Shown piece after piece: positions 46,945-56,174 of a DNA stretch of 64,000 nt. Position numbers and translations under genes: made by a program. Below the pieces are notes generated by a model that had not been told where the DNA came from, did not search any database, and saw only the letters and a program-made list of their open reading frames with translations. The DNA lies in the NCBI GenBank assembly GCA_016183175.1, contig JACPFC010000054.1, positions 8,313 through 72,312 on the forward strand. Direction: 5' to 3'. How positions within the stretch are numbered: the first letter of the stretch is position 1; each line of letters opens with the position of its first letter. Source of the DNA: Deltaproteobacteria bacterium. GTDB taxonomy: Bacteria > UBA10199 > SBBF01.

Positions 46945-47985
46945 ATGAAACGAATAGGCCTCCTCACAGGGGGCGGCGATTGTCCCGGGTTGAACGCCGC
47001 CATCCGCGCCGTTGTCCGCCGGGCCAATCAGCTGGATATTCAAGTCTTGGGCGTCTACGACGGTTTCAAGGGGCTGGTGGAAGGGTCTGTCGCCCCGTTC
47101 CCTCTCCGTCAGACCTCGGGGATCCTCCATGTGGGGGGAACCATTCTGCGCAGTTCGCGCTTCAATCCATTCAAAAACAGGCAAAGTCTTTCCGTACTTG
47201 CCCGGCAGGTAAAAGAGAGGGCCCTTTCCGGGCTTGTGGTGATCGGCGGCGAGGGTTCGTTGCGCATTGCCAACGATCTGGCCCGCAAAAAAATTGTCCC
47301 CTGCATCGGCATTCCCAAAACCATCGACAACGACGTTTACGGCACCGATCTGACCATCGGTTTTCAGACCGCCGTGGCCACCGCCGCCGAGGCGGTCGAT
47401 AAACTGCATACCACGGCTGAATCGCACAACGTGGTCATGGTTGTGGAGGTGATGGGGCGTCATACGGGATGGATTGCCGTTTCCGCCGGACTGGCCGGCG
47501 GGGCCGACCTGATTTTGACCCCCGAAAAGCCCCTTTCGGCGCCGGCGATCAAGGAGACGATTGTCAAGCGCCATGCGCGGGGAAAAAAATTCAGCATTGT
47601 CGTTGTCGCCGAGGATGCGCGGGTGACGGATGACCGGGGGCGGATTCTTGTTTCGGCTCCGACAGGCCGGGACGAATATGGGCCGGTCAAATCGAGCGGT
47701 GTCGGCGCCGGGGTGGCCCGTCTCATCGGCCGGCTGACCGGTTTTGAAACGCGCGTCGTCGTTCTTGGCCATGTGCAAAGAGGGGGATCGCCCGTTCCCG
47801 AAGACCGTATTCTGGCCACCCGCTTTGGCGTTCTGGCGGCGGAGCTGACGGCCAAGGGAAAATGGAACCGGATGACCGCCCTCCGAAACGGAAAAGTTTT
47901 GGCTGTCCCCTTAAAAACGGTTGCCGGAAGGATTAAAAGGGTCGATCCGGAGCTCTACCGGCTGGCCGGTTATTTTTTTGGGTAA
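46945..47985 (+). CDS. pfkA: 6-phosphofructokinase (ATP- or PPi-dependent)
   Basis: MKRIGLLTGGGDCPGLNAAIRAVV...PKTIDNDV motifs. Confidence 0.9.
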   Translation: MKRIGLLTGGGDCPGLNAAIRAVVRRANQLDIQVLGVYDGFKGLVEGSVAPFPLRQTSGILHVGGTILRSSRFNPFKNRQSLSVLARQVKERALSGLVVIGGEGSLRIANDLARKKIVPCIGIPKTIDNDVYGTDLTIGFQTAVATAAEAVDKLHTTAESHNVVMVVEVMGRHTGWIAVSAGLAGGADLILTPEKPLSAPAIKETIVKRHARGKKFSIVVVAEDARVTDDRGRILVSAPTGRDEYGPVKSSGVGAGVARLIGRLTGFETRVVVLGHVQRGGSPVPEDRILATRFGVLAAELTAKGKWNRMTALRNGKVLAVPLKTVAGRIKRVDPELYRLAGYFFG

Positions 47986-48377
47986 AAAAATTCCTCCAGA
48001 TGTCCGCGGATAATGTCGCGCGTTTTGGCGAAGGATTTGAGGATTCGGGTTTCGTCCCCCGCGGTTCCCACCGGATCGGGGATGGACCAGTGGGTGGATT
48101 TTTTGGGGGGAGGGACATGGACGCAGGCTTTGGCCGAATCGCAGAGGGTGATGACATGGTCGGCCCAGGCAAGCAATTTTTCATCGACCCGCTTGGAGGT
48201 CTGCCCGGAAATATCAATGCCGATCTCGCGCATCGACTCGATGGTGCGGGGGTGGACCCCCGAAGGCATGATGCCGGCGCTTTTGAATTCCCGGCCCTTC
48301 GGGCCGAGCGCCTTTGCCAGCCCCTCCGCCATTTGCGATCGGCAGGAATTTCCGGTGCAGAGGAAAAGGACTTTCAT
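47970..48377 (-). CDS. low-molecular-weight phosphotyrosine phosphatase family / arsenate reductase ArsC (LMWP type)
   Basis: MKVLFLCTGNSCRSQMAEG P-loop CX5R; ATG at 48377. Confidence 0.75.
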   Translation of the reverse strand: MKVLFLCTGNSCRSQMAEGLAKALGPKGREFKSAGIMPSGVHPRTIESMREIGIDISGQTSKRVDEKLLAWADHVITLCDSAKACVHVPPPKKSTHWSIPDPVGTAGDETRILKSFAKTRDIIRGHLEEFFYPKK

Positions 48378-48386
48378 GGTTTCATT

Positions 48387-48695
48387 ATGAAACCGGTACC
48401 GCTTCAGATTCAAGTTCTTTTAACCGGGCTTCTTTTGCTTTGGAGTGTTCCCGTTTTCTCTGAAGAAGATGCCTGGCCGACGAAGATGAAAAAATTCACC
48501 TACAGCCAACGGCGCCTCGAACGTTTTTTCGATTTGAACAAGGATAAGGTGTTAAGCGTTTATGAACGGAGCCTGATAACAACCCAACAACATTTCGGCT
48601 GGCCGCTGGCGTCATCCAAAAAACGGAAAAAGTTCGACGCCAACGGCGATTTTATGCTCCAGCCGTACGAGTATCACCTCTACAAGAAGCAGTAA
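48387..48695 (+). CDS. hypothetical small secreted protein
   Basis: Signal peptide LLLLWSVPVFS; 102 aa. Confidence 0.45.
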   Translation: MKPVPLQIQVLLTGLLLLWSVPVFSEEDAWPTKMKKFTYSQRRLERFFDLNKDKVLSVYERSLITTQQHFGWPLASSKKRKKFDANGDFMLQPYEYHLYKKQ

Positions 48696-48712
48696 AGCGT
48701 AACACCGGATGT

Positions 48713-48767
48713 GGGAACTCTGTGACGCCGGCGGAACGGAGTTCCCCCATCCGTGGGGAATTTTTTT
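48713..48767 (+). terminator. Rho-independent terminator (tandem hairpins followed by T7 run)
   Basis: GGGAACTCTGTGACGCCGGCGGAACGGAGTTCCC + CCCCATCCGTGGGG + AATTTTTTT. Confidence 0.5.
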
Positions 48768-48807
48768 GACAACCGGCCCGTAATCGAAAGATAATGTCCC
48801 TTCTTTT

Positions 48808-50664
48808 ATGCCCCCCCTTCTTGTCATCATAAACCTCGTCCTGATCGGCGGCGCCATTTTTCTTTTCCTGCGCCCCAAACTCCTTCTCCAGTTCCGCGGC
48901 GGCAAGCTCTACCTCACCTGGCTGGCCATCGGGGTCATCACGCTGATGGACGAATTGACAAGCGTTTTTTACGCCCCGGCGGAGGCTTGGCGTTTTATCG
49001 GCCTGTATGCGCTTTTTTTCCTGCCGTTCATGTCGCTCTTTATCCACTACATGACCACCCGGATGGTGGAGATCGCCGAAATTCTGGACGCCCACAGCCT
49101 GAAAGGCGGGGGTGTTTACAATTTTTCGTATCTGGTGCTGGGGCCGGTCATCTCCTTTGTCGCGGTTTCATCGATCATGGTCGATTACGTGCTGACTGCC
49201 TGCATCTCGGCGGTCAGCGCGGTGGAGAACGCCGCGTCGCTTTTCGGCATGACATCGGGGGGAAAGCTTGTCGCCGCGCTTTTGCTGGTCTGGGGTGTGG
49301 CGGGCTTGAACATCATGGGCATCCGCGCCAATGCCCGTGCCACCTTCGGCATCTTTCTGGCCACCGCGCTGGTGTTTGTCAACCTGATTGCGCTGGGGGT
49401 GCTGGATCTGTCTCCGGAAAATATGACGGTCATCGGTTCGGGAATCGGCGAGACTTTTTCCCGTTTCCGGTCGCAGAATTTTCTCCACAGCTTCACCTTT
49501 TTTATCGCTTCCGCCTCCAGTTGTATTCTGGCCTATTCCGGCGTCGAGTCGGTCATGCAGACGGCAAGTCTTGTCCGCAACTGGAAAACGGTGAGCCGGG
49601 CCTATATTTTTCTGGGTTTAACGGTCGGCATTGTCACGCCGGTAGTCTCCCTTCTGGTTCTCTCCAACGGCCGGATCGACTTCGCGGCGCATGAGACCGA
49701 TCTGATCACCCATTATGCCTCGATGATCGGCGGCGGCTGGTTTTCGGCGGTCGTGGCCATGACCGCCGGCGTCACCCTGTTGATGGCGGTCAACACCGCC
49801 TTTGTGGCCACCAGTGAATTAATCGAAAGGGTGGCGCATCGCTACGGTTTTTTCGGCATTATCAGAACCAACCGTCACGCCTCGCTTTACCGTGTCCACC
49901 TGATGAATGCGGTTTTTTATTCCGCCGTCATCTTTTTTACCCAGGGGAAACAGGCGACTCTGGCGGGAATGTACGCCGTGGGCCTGGTGGCCACATTCGT
50001 CATCAATCTCGCCTCGCTGTTGCTGTATCGTTACATCAAGGGGACAAAAGAGGTCCGGCTCTACAACGTCAGCCGCGTTGGGACCTTTCTTTTCTTTGTC
50101 GTGATGCTTTCCTGTTTTGTGTATCTTTCCTGGCACAAGCCGGCCGGATTTTTCCTGTGGCTGGGAGTGACCGTTGTCTCACTGGCTGTGGGCATTTTGG
50201 GGACGCGCAAGCGGGCGCCGGAACTGGTGGAAATCGAACGGGGCGAGACGCCGATGGATGTCCTCCTTTTTCTGGGCGAATCGAAGCAGAAAAATGTGCA
50301 TCTTTATTTCAAGCGGCCGTTCGATACCCCGCAGGAAAAGGCCTACGATACCACGGTGTTTATCACCTTTTATTCCCCCCGCCAGAAGATTCCGCCGCGT
50401 GTCGGCGCCAACCATTTTCGAATCCCGTTCAAGCGGGCAAGCATCTATCAGAACACCGTGGCCGTTCTTGACCTTTTGGTCTACGAGGCGCCGCACTTGA
50501 ACATCACCGTCCATTTCGGCTGGCCCACGTCCTCCTGGTACGACCGCCTTTCCATCGGCGTCATGATGTTCCAGCTGATGCGTCTGCCGCGGCTTTTTCC
50601 GGGTCTGAATTTCCGGATTGAAAGGTTCAAGTCGATGTCGGGGCGACCGGATTTGAACCGGTGA
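48808..50664 (+). CDS. APC-superfamily amino acid/polyamine permease with extra C-terminal cytoplasmic domain
   Basis: About 12 TM helices; 3' end of ORF reads through tRNA-Pro (50638-50711), so the true stop is uncertain. Confidence 0.7.
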   Translation: MPPLLVIINLVLIGGAIFLFLRPKLLLQFRGGKLYLTWLAIGVITLMDELTSVFYAPAEAWRFIGLYALFFLPFMSLFIHYMTTRMVEIAEILDAHSLKGGGVYNFSYLVLGPVISFVAVSSIMVDYVLTACISAVSAVENAASLFGMTSGGKLVAALLLVWGVAGLNIMGIRANARATFGIFLATALVFVNLIALGVLDLSPENMTVIGSGIGETFSRFRSQNFLHSFTFFIASASSCILAYSGVESVMQTASLVRNWKTVSRAYIFLGLTVGIVTPVVSLLVLSNGRIDFAAHETDLITHYASMIGGGWFSAVVAMTAGVTLLMAVNTAFVATSELIERVAHRYGFFGIIRTNRHASLYRVHLMNAVFYSAVIFFTQGKQATLAGMYAVGLVATFVINLASLLLYRYIKGTKEVRLYNVSRVGTFLFFVVMLSCFVYLSWHKPAGFFLWLGVTVVSLAVGILGTRKRAPELVEIERGETPMDVLLFLGESKQKNVHLYFKRPFDTPQEKAYDTTVFITFYSPRQKIPPRVGANHFRIPFKRASIYQNTVAVLDLLVYEAPHLNITVHFGWPTSSWYDRLSIGVMMFQLMRLPRLFPGLNFRIERFKSMSGRPDLNR

Positions 50665-50711
50665 CCACTCGCACCCCAAGCGAGTGCGCTACCGGGCTGC
50701 GCCACGCCCCG
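50638..50711 (-). tRNA. tRNA-Pro (anticodon GGG)
   Basis: Minus-strand CGGGGCGTGGCGCAGCCCGGTAGCGCACTCGCTTGGGGTGCGAGTGGTCACCGGTTCAAATCCGGTCGCCCCGA. Confidence 0.85.
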
Positions 50712-50782
50712 TAATTTAGCGGCATTTCTACTGATTCATTTCCCGGATTGCAAGCAAGATTCATTTAATATATCCGTAAACC

Positions 50783-52966
50783 ATGCTTCCGGTAAAGGCT
50801 TCCGGGCGCGATCCCCTCCAAACCCCGGTGCAATACGTCAAAGGGGTCGGCCCCTACATCAGCTCCCTCTTGGCCAAAAAAGGGGTAAGCCAGGTTTCCG
50901 ACCTCTTTTATTATTTTCCCCTCCGCTACCTCGACCGAAGCAAGATCGATTCCATCCGCAAACTTCAACCGGGAAAAGAAAAGTGCATTGTCGGTCAGGT
51001 GGTCGGCATGGGTACCCGTACCATGGGGCGGAGGCAAAGAAAAATTTGTGAAATGGTGATCTCCGATGATACCGGCGTGGCGCTGGTCGTCTGGTTCCAT
51101 TTCAACGAAAAATACCTTCAAAAAAAATATCCGGCGGGGAAAAAACTGCTGATCTTCGGCGAATGCCAGTTTTTCGGGGCTCAAAAACAGTTTGTCCATC
51201 CTGACATCGAAGAATGGGATGAAGATGAAACAGCGAGCAAAGCGAGCGAGAGGGGGAGGCTCCATCCGGCTTTGCCGGTGGAGGGGGCTTTGCCTGCCCC
51301 CATGATGATCCCTGTCTATCCGCTCACCGAGGGGCTTTACCAGAAAACGATCCGGAAGATTGTTTTTAACGCCCTCGACGGCTACCTTGATTATCTCGAA
51401 GAAACGCCGCTTACGGTGCGTGCCGAGGGAAAAACGCCCATGAGCCTGAAAGAATCGATCGAAAAAATTCACCGGCCGCCGACGGACGCCGATATTTCGG
51501 CTCTCAATAATCAGCAGAGCCTCTGGCATCAGCGGGTGATCTACGACGAACTTTTTTTTCTTCAACTGGGGTTGGGGTTGAAAAAACAGGGGTATAAGAA
51601 AGAAAAGGGGATTTTGTTCGCCCCGTCGAAAACCCTTAAAGTCGGGGCCCTCGGGCTGATTCCTTTTGATCTGACCAACGCGCAGATGCGGGTTTTGGGT
51701 GAAATCGAGGCCGACTTTTTAAAACCGGAACCGATGAACCGTCTTTTGCAGGGGGATGTCGGGTGCGGGAAAACGCTGGTCGCTTTTTTGGCCTCTCTGG
51801 TTGCCTGTGAGAACGGCTATCAGTCGGTCCTCATGGCCCCCACCGAGATTCTCGCCGGGCAGCACTATGTCAATTTAAAAAAGGTCGCCGATCCCTTGGA
51901 TGTCAGGATCGCCCTGTTGATGGGCTCGACGCCGAAAGGGGAGCGTGAGGAGATATTGAAGGAGTTGGCCTCCGGCAGAATCCGGATTATTTTTGGAACC
52001 CATGCCCTGATTCAGGAGGGGGTTGAATTTCATCGTCTCGGATTTATCGTGATCGATGAGCAACATCGGTTTGGGGTAAGGCAGAGGGCCGCGTTAAAAG
52101 GAAAAGGGAGGGGCGATTTTTCTCCTCATATTCTCGTGATGACGGCGACGCCGATTCCGAGGACGCTCGCCATGAGCGTCTACGGCGATCTGGATATTTC
52201 CATCATCGACGAACTGCCCTCCGGGCGAAAGCCGATCACGACTTATCTTTTCAACGAAAAGATGCGGCCTCGCGCCTACGATCTGATCCGCCGCGAACTG
52301 GAATGCGGGGGGCAGGTCTATTTTGTCTACCCGTTGATTGAAGAGAGTGAAAAGGTGGATCTGAAAAATGCCGTCGAGATGGCGGAATCTTTGAAGGCCG
52401 TTTTTTCAGATCATACGGTCGGGCTTCTCCATGGGCGGATGAATCCGGCGGAAAAAGAGGGGATCATGGATCGATTCAAAAAGAACGAGGTGCAAATTCT
52501 GGTTTCAACAACGGTTATCGAGGTGGGGGTCGATGTTCCGAATGCCACGGTGATGGTGGTCGAGCATGCGGAGCGGTTTGGACTTTCGCAATTGCATCAG
52601 CTCCGTGGACGGGTGGGACGCGGGGGAGAGCAATCGTATTGCCTGTTGATAGCCGGCTACGCCCAGTCGGAGGAGACCCGCTATCGCCTCAAGGCGATGG
52701 AAGAGACCAACGACGGATTCAAAATCGCCGAAGAAGATTTGAAAATCCGCGGCCCGGGCGATTATCTGGGGACACGGCAGTCAGGCCTGCCGGAATTTCG
52801 TCTGGCGCATTTGATTCGTGACGGTCATCTGCTGAATGCCGCACGGAAGAGGGCGTTTCAAATCATTGAAGAGGATCCTGGATTGGAGAAGGACGAACAT
52901 CGGCTCCTCAAAAAAATTCTGGCGCAGAGGTGGGAGGGAAAATTGGAGCTTGCTGACGTCTCGTGA
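50783..52966 (+). CDS. recG: ATP-dependent DNA helicase RecG
   Basis: 727 aa; wedge domain, DEQH box (VIDEQHRFG), helicase C motifs. Confidence 0.9.
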   Translation: MLPVKASGRDPLQTPVQYVKGVGPYISSLLAKKGVSQVSDLFYYFPLRYLDRSKIDSIRKLQPGKEKCIVGQVVGMGTRTMGRRQRKICEMVISDDTGVALVVWFHFNEKYLQKKYPAGKKLLIFGECQFFGAQKQFVHPDIEEWDEDETASKASERGRLHPALPVEGALPAPMMIPVYPLTEGLYQKTIRKIVFNALDGYLDYLEETPLTVRAEGKTPMSLKESIEKIHRPPTDADISALNNQQSLWHQRVIYDELFFLQLGLGLKKQGYKKEKGILFAPSKTLKVGALGLIPFDLTNAQMRVLGEIEADFLKPEPMNRLLQGDVGCGKTLVAFLASLVACENGYQSVLMAPTEILAGQHYVNLKKVADPLDVRIALLMGSTPKGEREEILKELASGRIRIIFGTHALIQEGVEFHRLGFIVIDEQHRFGVRQRAALKGKGRGDFSPHILVMTATPIPRTLAMSVYGDLDISIIDELPSGRKPITTYLFNEKMRPRAYDLIRRELECGGQVYFVYPLIEESEKVDLKNAVEMAESLKAVFSDHTVGLLHGRMNPAEKEGIMDRFKKNEVQILVSTTVIEVGVDVPNATVMVVEHAERFGLSQLHQLRGRVGRGGEQSYCLLIAGYAQSEETRYRLKAMEETNDGFKIAEEDLKIRGPGDYLGTRQSGLPEFRLAHLIRDGHLLNAARKRAFQIIEEDPGLEKDEHRLLKKILAQRWEGKLELADVS
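51232..51287. repeat. 56-nt REP-family-1 segment embedded in frame in recG
   Basis: AGCGAGCAAAGCGAGCGAGAGGGGGAGGCTCCATCCGGCTTTGCCGGTGGAGGGGG is identical to the reverse complement of 55531-55586; encodes ASKASERGRLHPALPVEG. Confidence 0.5.
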
Positions 52967-53085
52967 TAATGTCAAATTCCAAATGTCAAAGGAAAAAACA
53001 AATAGAAAAAACAAATTATAAAATTTGTTGAAATTGTTTTTTTTGGAGTTTCCTTTGAAATTTGAACTTTGACATTTGACATTTC
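52967..53085. repeat. large AT-rich palindromic element (ATGTCAAATTCCAAATGTCAAAGG...CCTTTGAAATTTGAACTTTGACATTTGACAT)
   Basis: About 120-bp palindrome between recG stop and lipA start; same family as 27351-27462. Confidence 0.5.
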
Positions 53086-53089
53086 CGAT

Positions 53090-53983
53090 ATGAAACCCCC
53101 CTGGCTCAAAAAAAAATTATCGCTCACCGCCCTTCAGCCGATGCAGAAAAAACTCCGTGCCTTAAACCTTCACACGGTCTGTGAGGAAGCCCGGTGCCCC
53201 AACATCTCCGAGTGCTTCGCCCGGGGAATCGCCACCATCATGATCATGGGGGAGGTTTGCACGCGGGCCTGCAAATTCTGCGCGGTGGCGACCGGGAGGC
53301 CAAAATCGCTTGATCCGGCCGACCCCCGCCGCGTCGCCCACTGGGCCTCCTCGCTTGGCTTGAAGCATCTGGTCATCACTTCGGTGGATCGCGACGATCT
53401 CCCCGATTTGGGGGCGGGACATTTTGCGGAGACCGTCCGGCAGATCCGAAGAGAAAATCCGGGAATGATTGTCGAAGTGCTGACCCCCGATTTTCAGGGG
53501 AAGGGGGAACTGATTTCTCAAGTCGCCGGGACGGGGCCGGAAATTTACAATCACAATCTCGAAACCGTTCAAAGGCTCACCCCCCGGGTTCGCTCTGCCT
53601 CCAAGTATGCCCGCTCTCTTTCGGTTATTTCCCATGTGAAAAAAAATTTTCCCCGTCAATTCACCAAATCGGGCCTGATGCTGGGATTGGGGGAGGAAGA
53701 GGAAGAGGTGATCGGCGCGATGAGAGATCTGGTTGAAAGCGGATGCGATCTACTCACTTTGGGGCAATATCTCCAACCGACCCCCAAACATCTGCCGGTT
53801 GTCGAGTACATTCATCCTGACCGTTTCAACACCTTCAAACAAATAGGAGAAGAAATCGGCTTTCGGGCGGTCTTTTCCGGTCCCTTTGTCCGTTCATCAT
53901 ATATGGCGGAGAATTTTTTAAAAGCGGCGCGTGAGTCGAAGGGCTCCTCCACCACCCCACCACCTTATAATCTCCTAAAATAG
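53090..53983 (+). CDS. lipA: lipoyl synthase
   Basis: CEEARCPNISEC and CTRACKFCAV cysteine clusters; start chosen at MKPPWLKKK (ORF from 53069). Confidence 0.9.
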   Translation: MKPPWLKKKLSLTALQPMQKKLRALNLHTVCEEARCPNISECFARGIATIMIMGEVCTRACKFCAVATGRPKSLDPADPRRVAHWASSLGLKHLVITSVDRDDLPDLGAGHFAETVRQIRRENPGMIVEVLTPDFQGKGELISQVAGTGPEIYNHNLETVQRLTPRVRSASKYARSLSVISHVKKNFPRQFTKSGLMLGLGEEEEEVIGAMRDLVESGCDLLTLGQYLQPTPKHLPVVEYIHPDRFNTFKQIGEEIGFRAVFSGPFVRSSYMAENFLKAARESKGSSTTPPPYNLLK

Positions 53984-53998
53984 TCGTTTTCTTTTAAG

Positions 53999-55025
53999 AA
54001 AAGGGGACAGGCACATAATTTATAATTTCAGCACCCGCGTCGTAAACAGGCTCTCTCCCTCCGTAAGATTCCGTGGCTTTATATGCCTGCGCCTGTTCTT
54101 TCCCTGAACCTGTTCAATGAGTTCCCTGCTCCCTATCGCGTGGCCCTCGGTAAGATTCCTCATCCGATATCGAAGCTGGTCGCCCAAACCGAGTCGGCCC
54201 AATAACCTCCTCACCTCCTGAACCTTCTTCTCAGAGATCGCCGCTCGGTTGTCCTTCTTGATTCCCCCGGCTTCATAAACAAAGAGACGATACAATGAAT
54301 ACCCTCCTCCCTCGCCTGTGACACGTTCGGGCGACAGGGGGCTTAATAGTCTCCTAGCCCTCTTCGGATCGCGTGACATCAAACCGATACTGCTCCATCG
54401 ATAATCCTCCGGCCATTTCACAATCCCCGCTCGTATGGGGTTCAAATCAATATAGGCGCTACAGACGAGTTGGGCCTCCCCCTTGCCGACGATTACCCCC
54501 TTGAACCGTTCCGCCCACAAGTAACCTCGCCTCTTTGAACGCTTGTTATACCAGCGACTCAATCCCTGCTTCAGTTCCTGAGTGAACCGAGAGATCGACC
54601 CGAGGCGGCTTCTCAACCGCTCGAGGCCATCGTCTTCATCGGGAAGTACAGTACCGTCTCGTTCATAGGACCCCGGAGGAGGCTGACTTTCTTTGCCAAA
54701 TATCTCCTGGTACCGTCTTATGAGTTCGCGTTTCGAAGCCTTCCGGACCTGCTGGTCGCGCTCTGTGGCCAGGATATGAAAGTGGTTGTCCAAAATACAG
54801 AATGAATGAACGTCTACAAAAAAGCCCTTTGAAAGTTTTTCCAGAAGCAGGAGGAAATATTCTTTTTCCTCGTCACCGAAGATACGTTCCCCTCCCGCAA
54901 CACGTGAGATAATGTGAAAGGAACCAGACAGTTCTGAGGTCCAAGAACGTGGCAACCGGGCCATAGGTAGGTCTTAATAACGACTCTTCTCCCAAATGTC
55001 AATATTATGTGCCTGTCCCCTTTTT
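53999..55025. mobile_element. REPtron/IS-like unit: RAYT-type HUH transposase gene flanked by 21-bp inverted repeats (AAAAGGGGACAGGCACATAAT)
   Basis: Left IR 53999-54019 abuts the transposase stop; right IR 55004-55025 (ATTATGTGCCTGTCCCCTTTTT) is its reverse complement. Confidence 0.6.
54020..54964 (-). CDS. IS200/IS605-like HUH (Y1) transposase, RAYT-type, with about 100-aa C-terminal extension
   Basis: HuH motif NHFHIL; C-terminal block RGYLWAERFKGVIVG...AYIDLNPIRAGIV and DYRWSS align with E. coli RAYT YafM (QPRFWEHAIRN...YIYINPVKHGWV, DWPFS); internal RNLTEG duplication. Confidence 0.7.
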   Translation of the reverse strand: MARLPRSWTSELSGSFHIISRVAGGERIFGDEEKEYFLLLLEKLSKGFFVDVHSFCILDNHFHILATERDQQVRKASKRELIRRYQEIFGKESQPPPGSYERDGTVLPDEDDGLERLRSRLGSISRFTQELKQGLSRWYNKRSKRRGYLWAERFKGVIVGKGEAQLVCSAYIDLNPIRAGIVKWPEDYRWSSIGLMSRDPKRARRLLSPLSPERVTGEGGGYSLYRLFVYEAGGIKKDNRAAISEKKVQEVRRLLGRLGLGDQLRYRMRNLTEGHAIGSRELIEQVQGKNRRRHIKPRNLTEGESLFTTRVLKL

Positions 55026-55138
55026 CCACCGTAGGGATGGGTGGCAGAACTGGCATCGTTGCAGTCATCGTCATTGTCCACGTAACCGTCCGGTTGCCCG
55101 CACGCTTCCATGGTAAAATCGGATTTTCTCCCTGTTTT

Positions 55139-55444
55139 TTATTTTCGGAGCCGGAAGCGGATATCGCCGATGGGCGTGGCAAGGTCGAGTGCGTTGATTT
55201 TTGAGAGGAGAATCTCCTTTTGCAGTTCGAGTTCGTTCATCCAGACAGGATGGGTTACCGAAACCACAAGGGTCTGGCCCGTCACATAATCGGGTTGGGC
55301 CCGGCTTGAGACGGTTTCGCCGACAATTTCCGTCCATTTTTTCCAGACGGGATAGACCCTGAATTTTTCCTCGAGGTTGAGGCCCTTCAAGGTCCCCGCA
55401 AGAATCGAATCAACCCGCTGAAAATCCGGTTTTTTTGAGGTCAT
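55139..55444 (-). CDS. DUF721 (DciA-like) protein
   Basis: KFRVYPVWKKWTEIVGETVSSRAQPDYVTGQTLVVSVTHPVWMNELELQKEILLSKIN pattern; start at MTSKKPD (ATG 55444); longer ORF reads into the MITE. Confidence 0.5.
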   Translation of the reverse strand: MTSKKPDFQRVDSILAGTLKGLNLEEKFRVYPVWKKWTEIVGETVSSRAQPDYVTGQTLVVSVTHPVWMNELELQKEILLSKINALDLATPIGDIRFRLRK

Positions 55445-55460
55445 TGAGAATAAGGATACG

Positions 55461-55723
55461 TAACAATTCAGTCTCGGTGTCTGCTTTCGGTTCCATCGGA
55501 ACTCGCGGGTTATCACAGGGGCTCGCGTCGCCCCCTCCACCGGCAAAGCCGGATGGAGCCTCCCCCTCTCGCTCGCTTTGCTCGCTAGTGAGCGAGCGAC
55601 GGATTTATTCCGCGCGAGCGAACGGGGGGCGCGGGGGCGCCAGCGGCAAAGCCCCCGATTTAATAGGTTGCGCTCAAACAGCCGACAAAACCCAAAAGAC
55701 ATTCACCCGAGACTGAATTGTTA
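55461..55723. mobile_element. MITE-like element, copy 3, with nested REP-family-1 insertion (about 55512-55670)
   Basis: TIRs TAACAATTCAGTCTCGG / CCGAGACTGAATTGTTA intact; central MITE segment replaced by about 150 nt of REP-family-1 sequence. Confidence 0.6.
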
Positions 55724-55805
55724 CAAGGGTGCCAAAAAAAAACTTGAAGATCAATGTATTTCGGGCCTATCATTACTGTTCGCGATTCATCGAGTAGGGG
55801 GGGTT

Positions 55806-56174
55806 ATGAATAAAAAAGAACTCAAAAAATTCAGGGAACTTTTAGAAGAACGCCGTCAGGATATCCTGACCCAGGCCGAATCGACCAAGGAGAAGGGGAT
55901 GGTGTTCGACCCCGACGATCTGCCGGACGAGGTCGATCTGGCCGCCTCCGAGGCCGACCAGTCGATGAACTTGAGGCTCCGCGACCGCGAAAGGGTTCTG
56001 CTCCGCAAGGTGGACAAGGCCATCCAGAAAATCGAGGCGGGCGAATACGGAATCTGCGAAAGTTGCGGCGAAGAAATCGGCGCCAAGCGCCTTTTGGCCC
56101 GCCCCGTGACCGATTTGTGCATCAAGTGCAAGGAGGAACAGGAAAGGGTGGAAAGGTCGTACGCCGAGTCATGA
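55806..56174 (+). CDS. dksA: DksA/TraR-family C4 zinc-finger transcription factor
   Basis: CESCGEEIGAKRLLARPVTDLCIKC zinc finger, coiled-coil N-terminus. Confidence 0.8.
   Translation: MNKKELKKFRELLEERRQDILTQAESTKEKGMVFDPDDLPDEVDLAASEADQSMNLRLRDRERVLLRKVDKAIQKIEAGEYGICESCGEEIGAKRLLARPVTDLCIKCKEEQERVERSYAES

Noticed and set aside
50638-50664. C-terminal 9 residues of the permease (…SGRPDLNR) as genuine
   Set aside because: They are encoded by the complement of tRNA-Pro; likely read-through of the ORF call. The true stop cannot be placed without homologs.
55139-55702. Full 187-aa ORF as the DUF721 protein
   Set aside because: The N-terminal 86 residues are translated from MITE copy 3 and its nested REP (same peptide ASKASERGRLHPALPVEG as in recG). 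Start moved to MTSKKPD at 55444.
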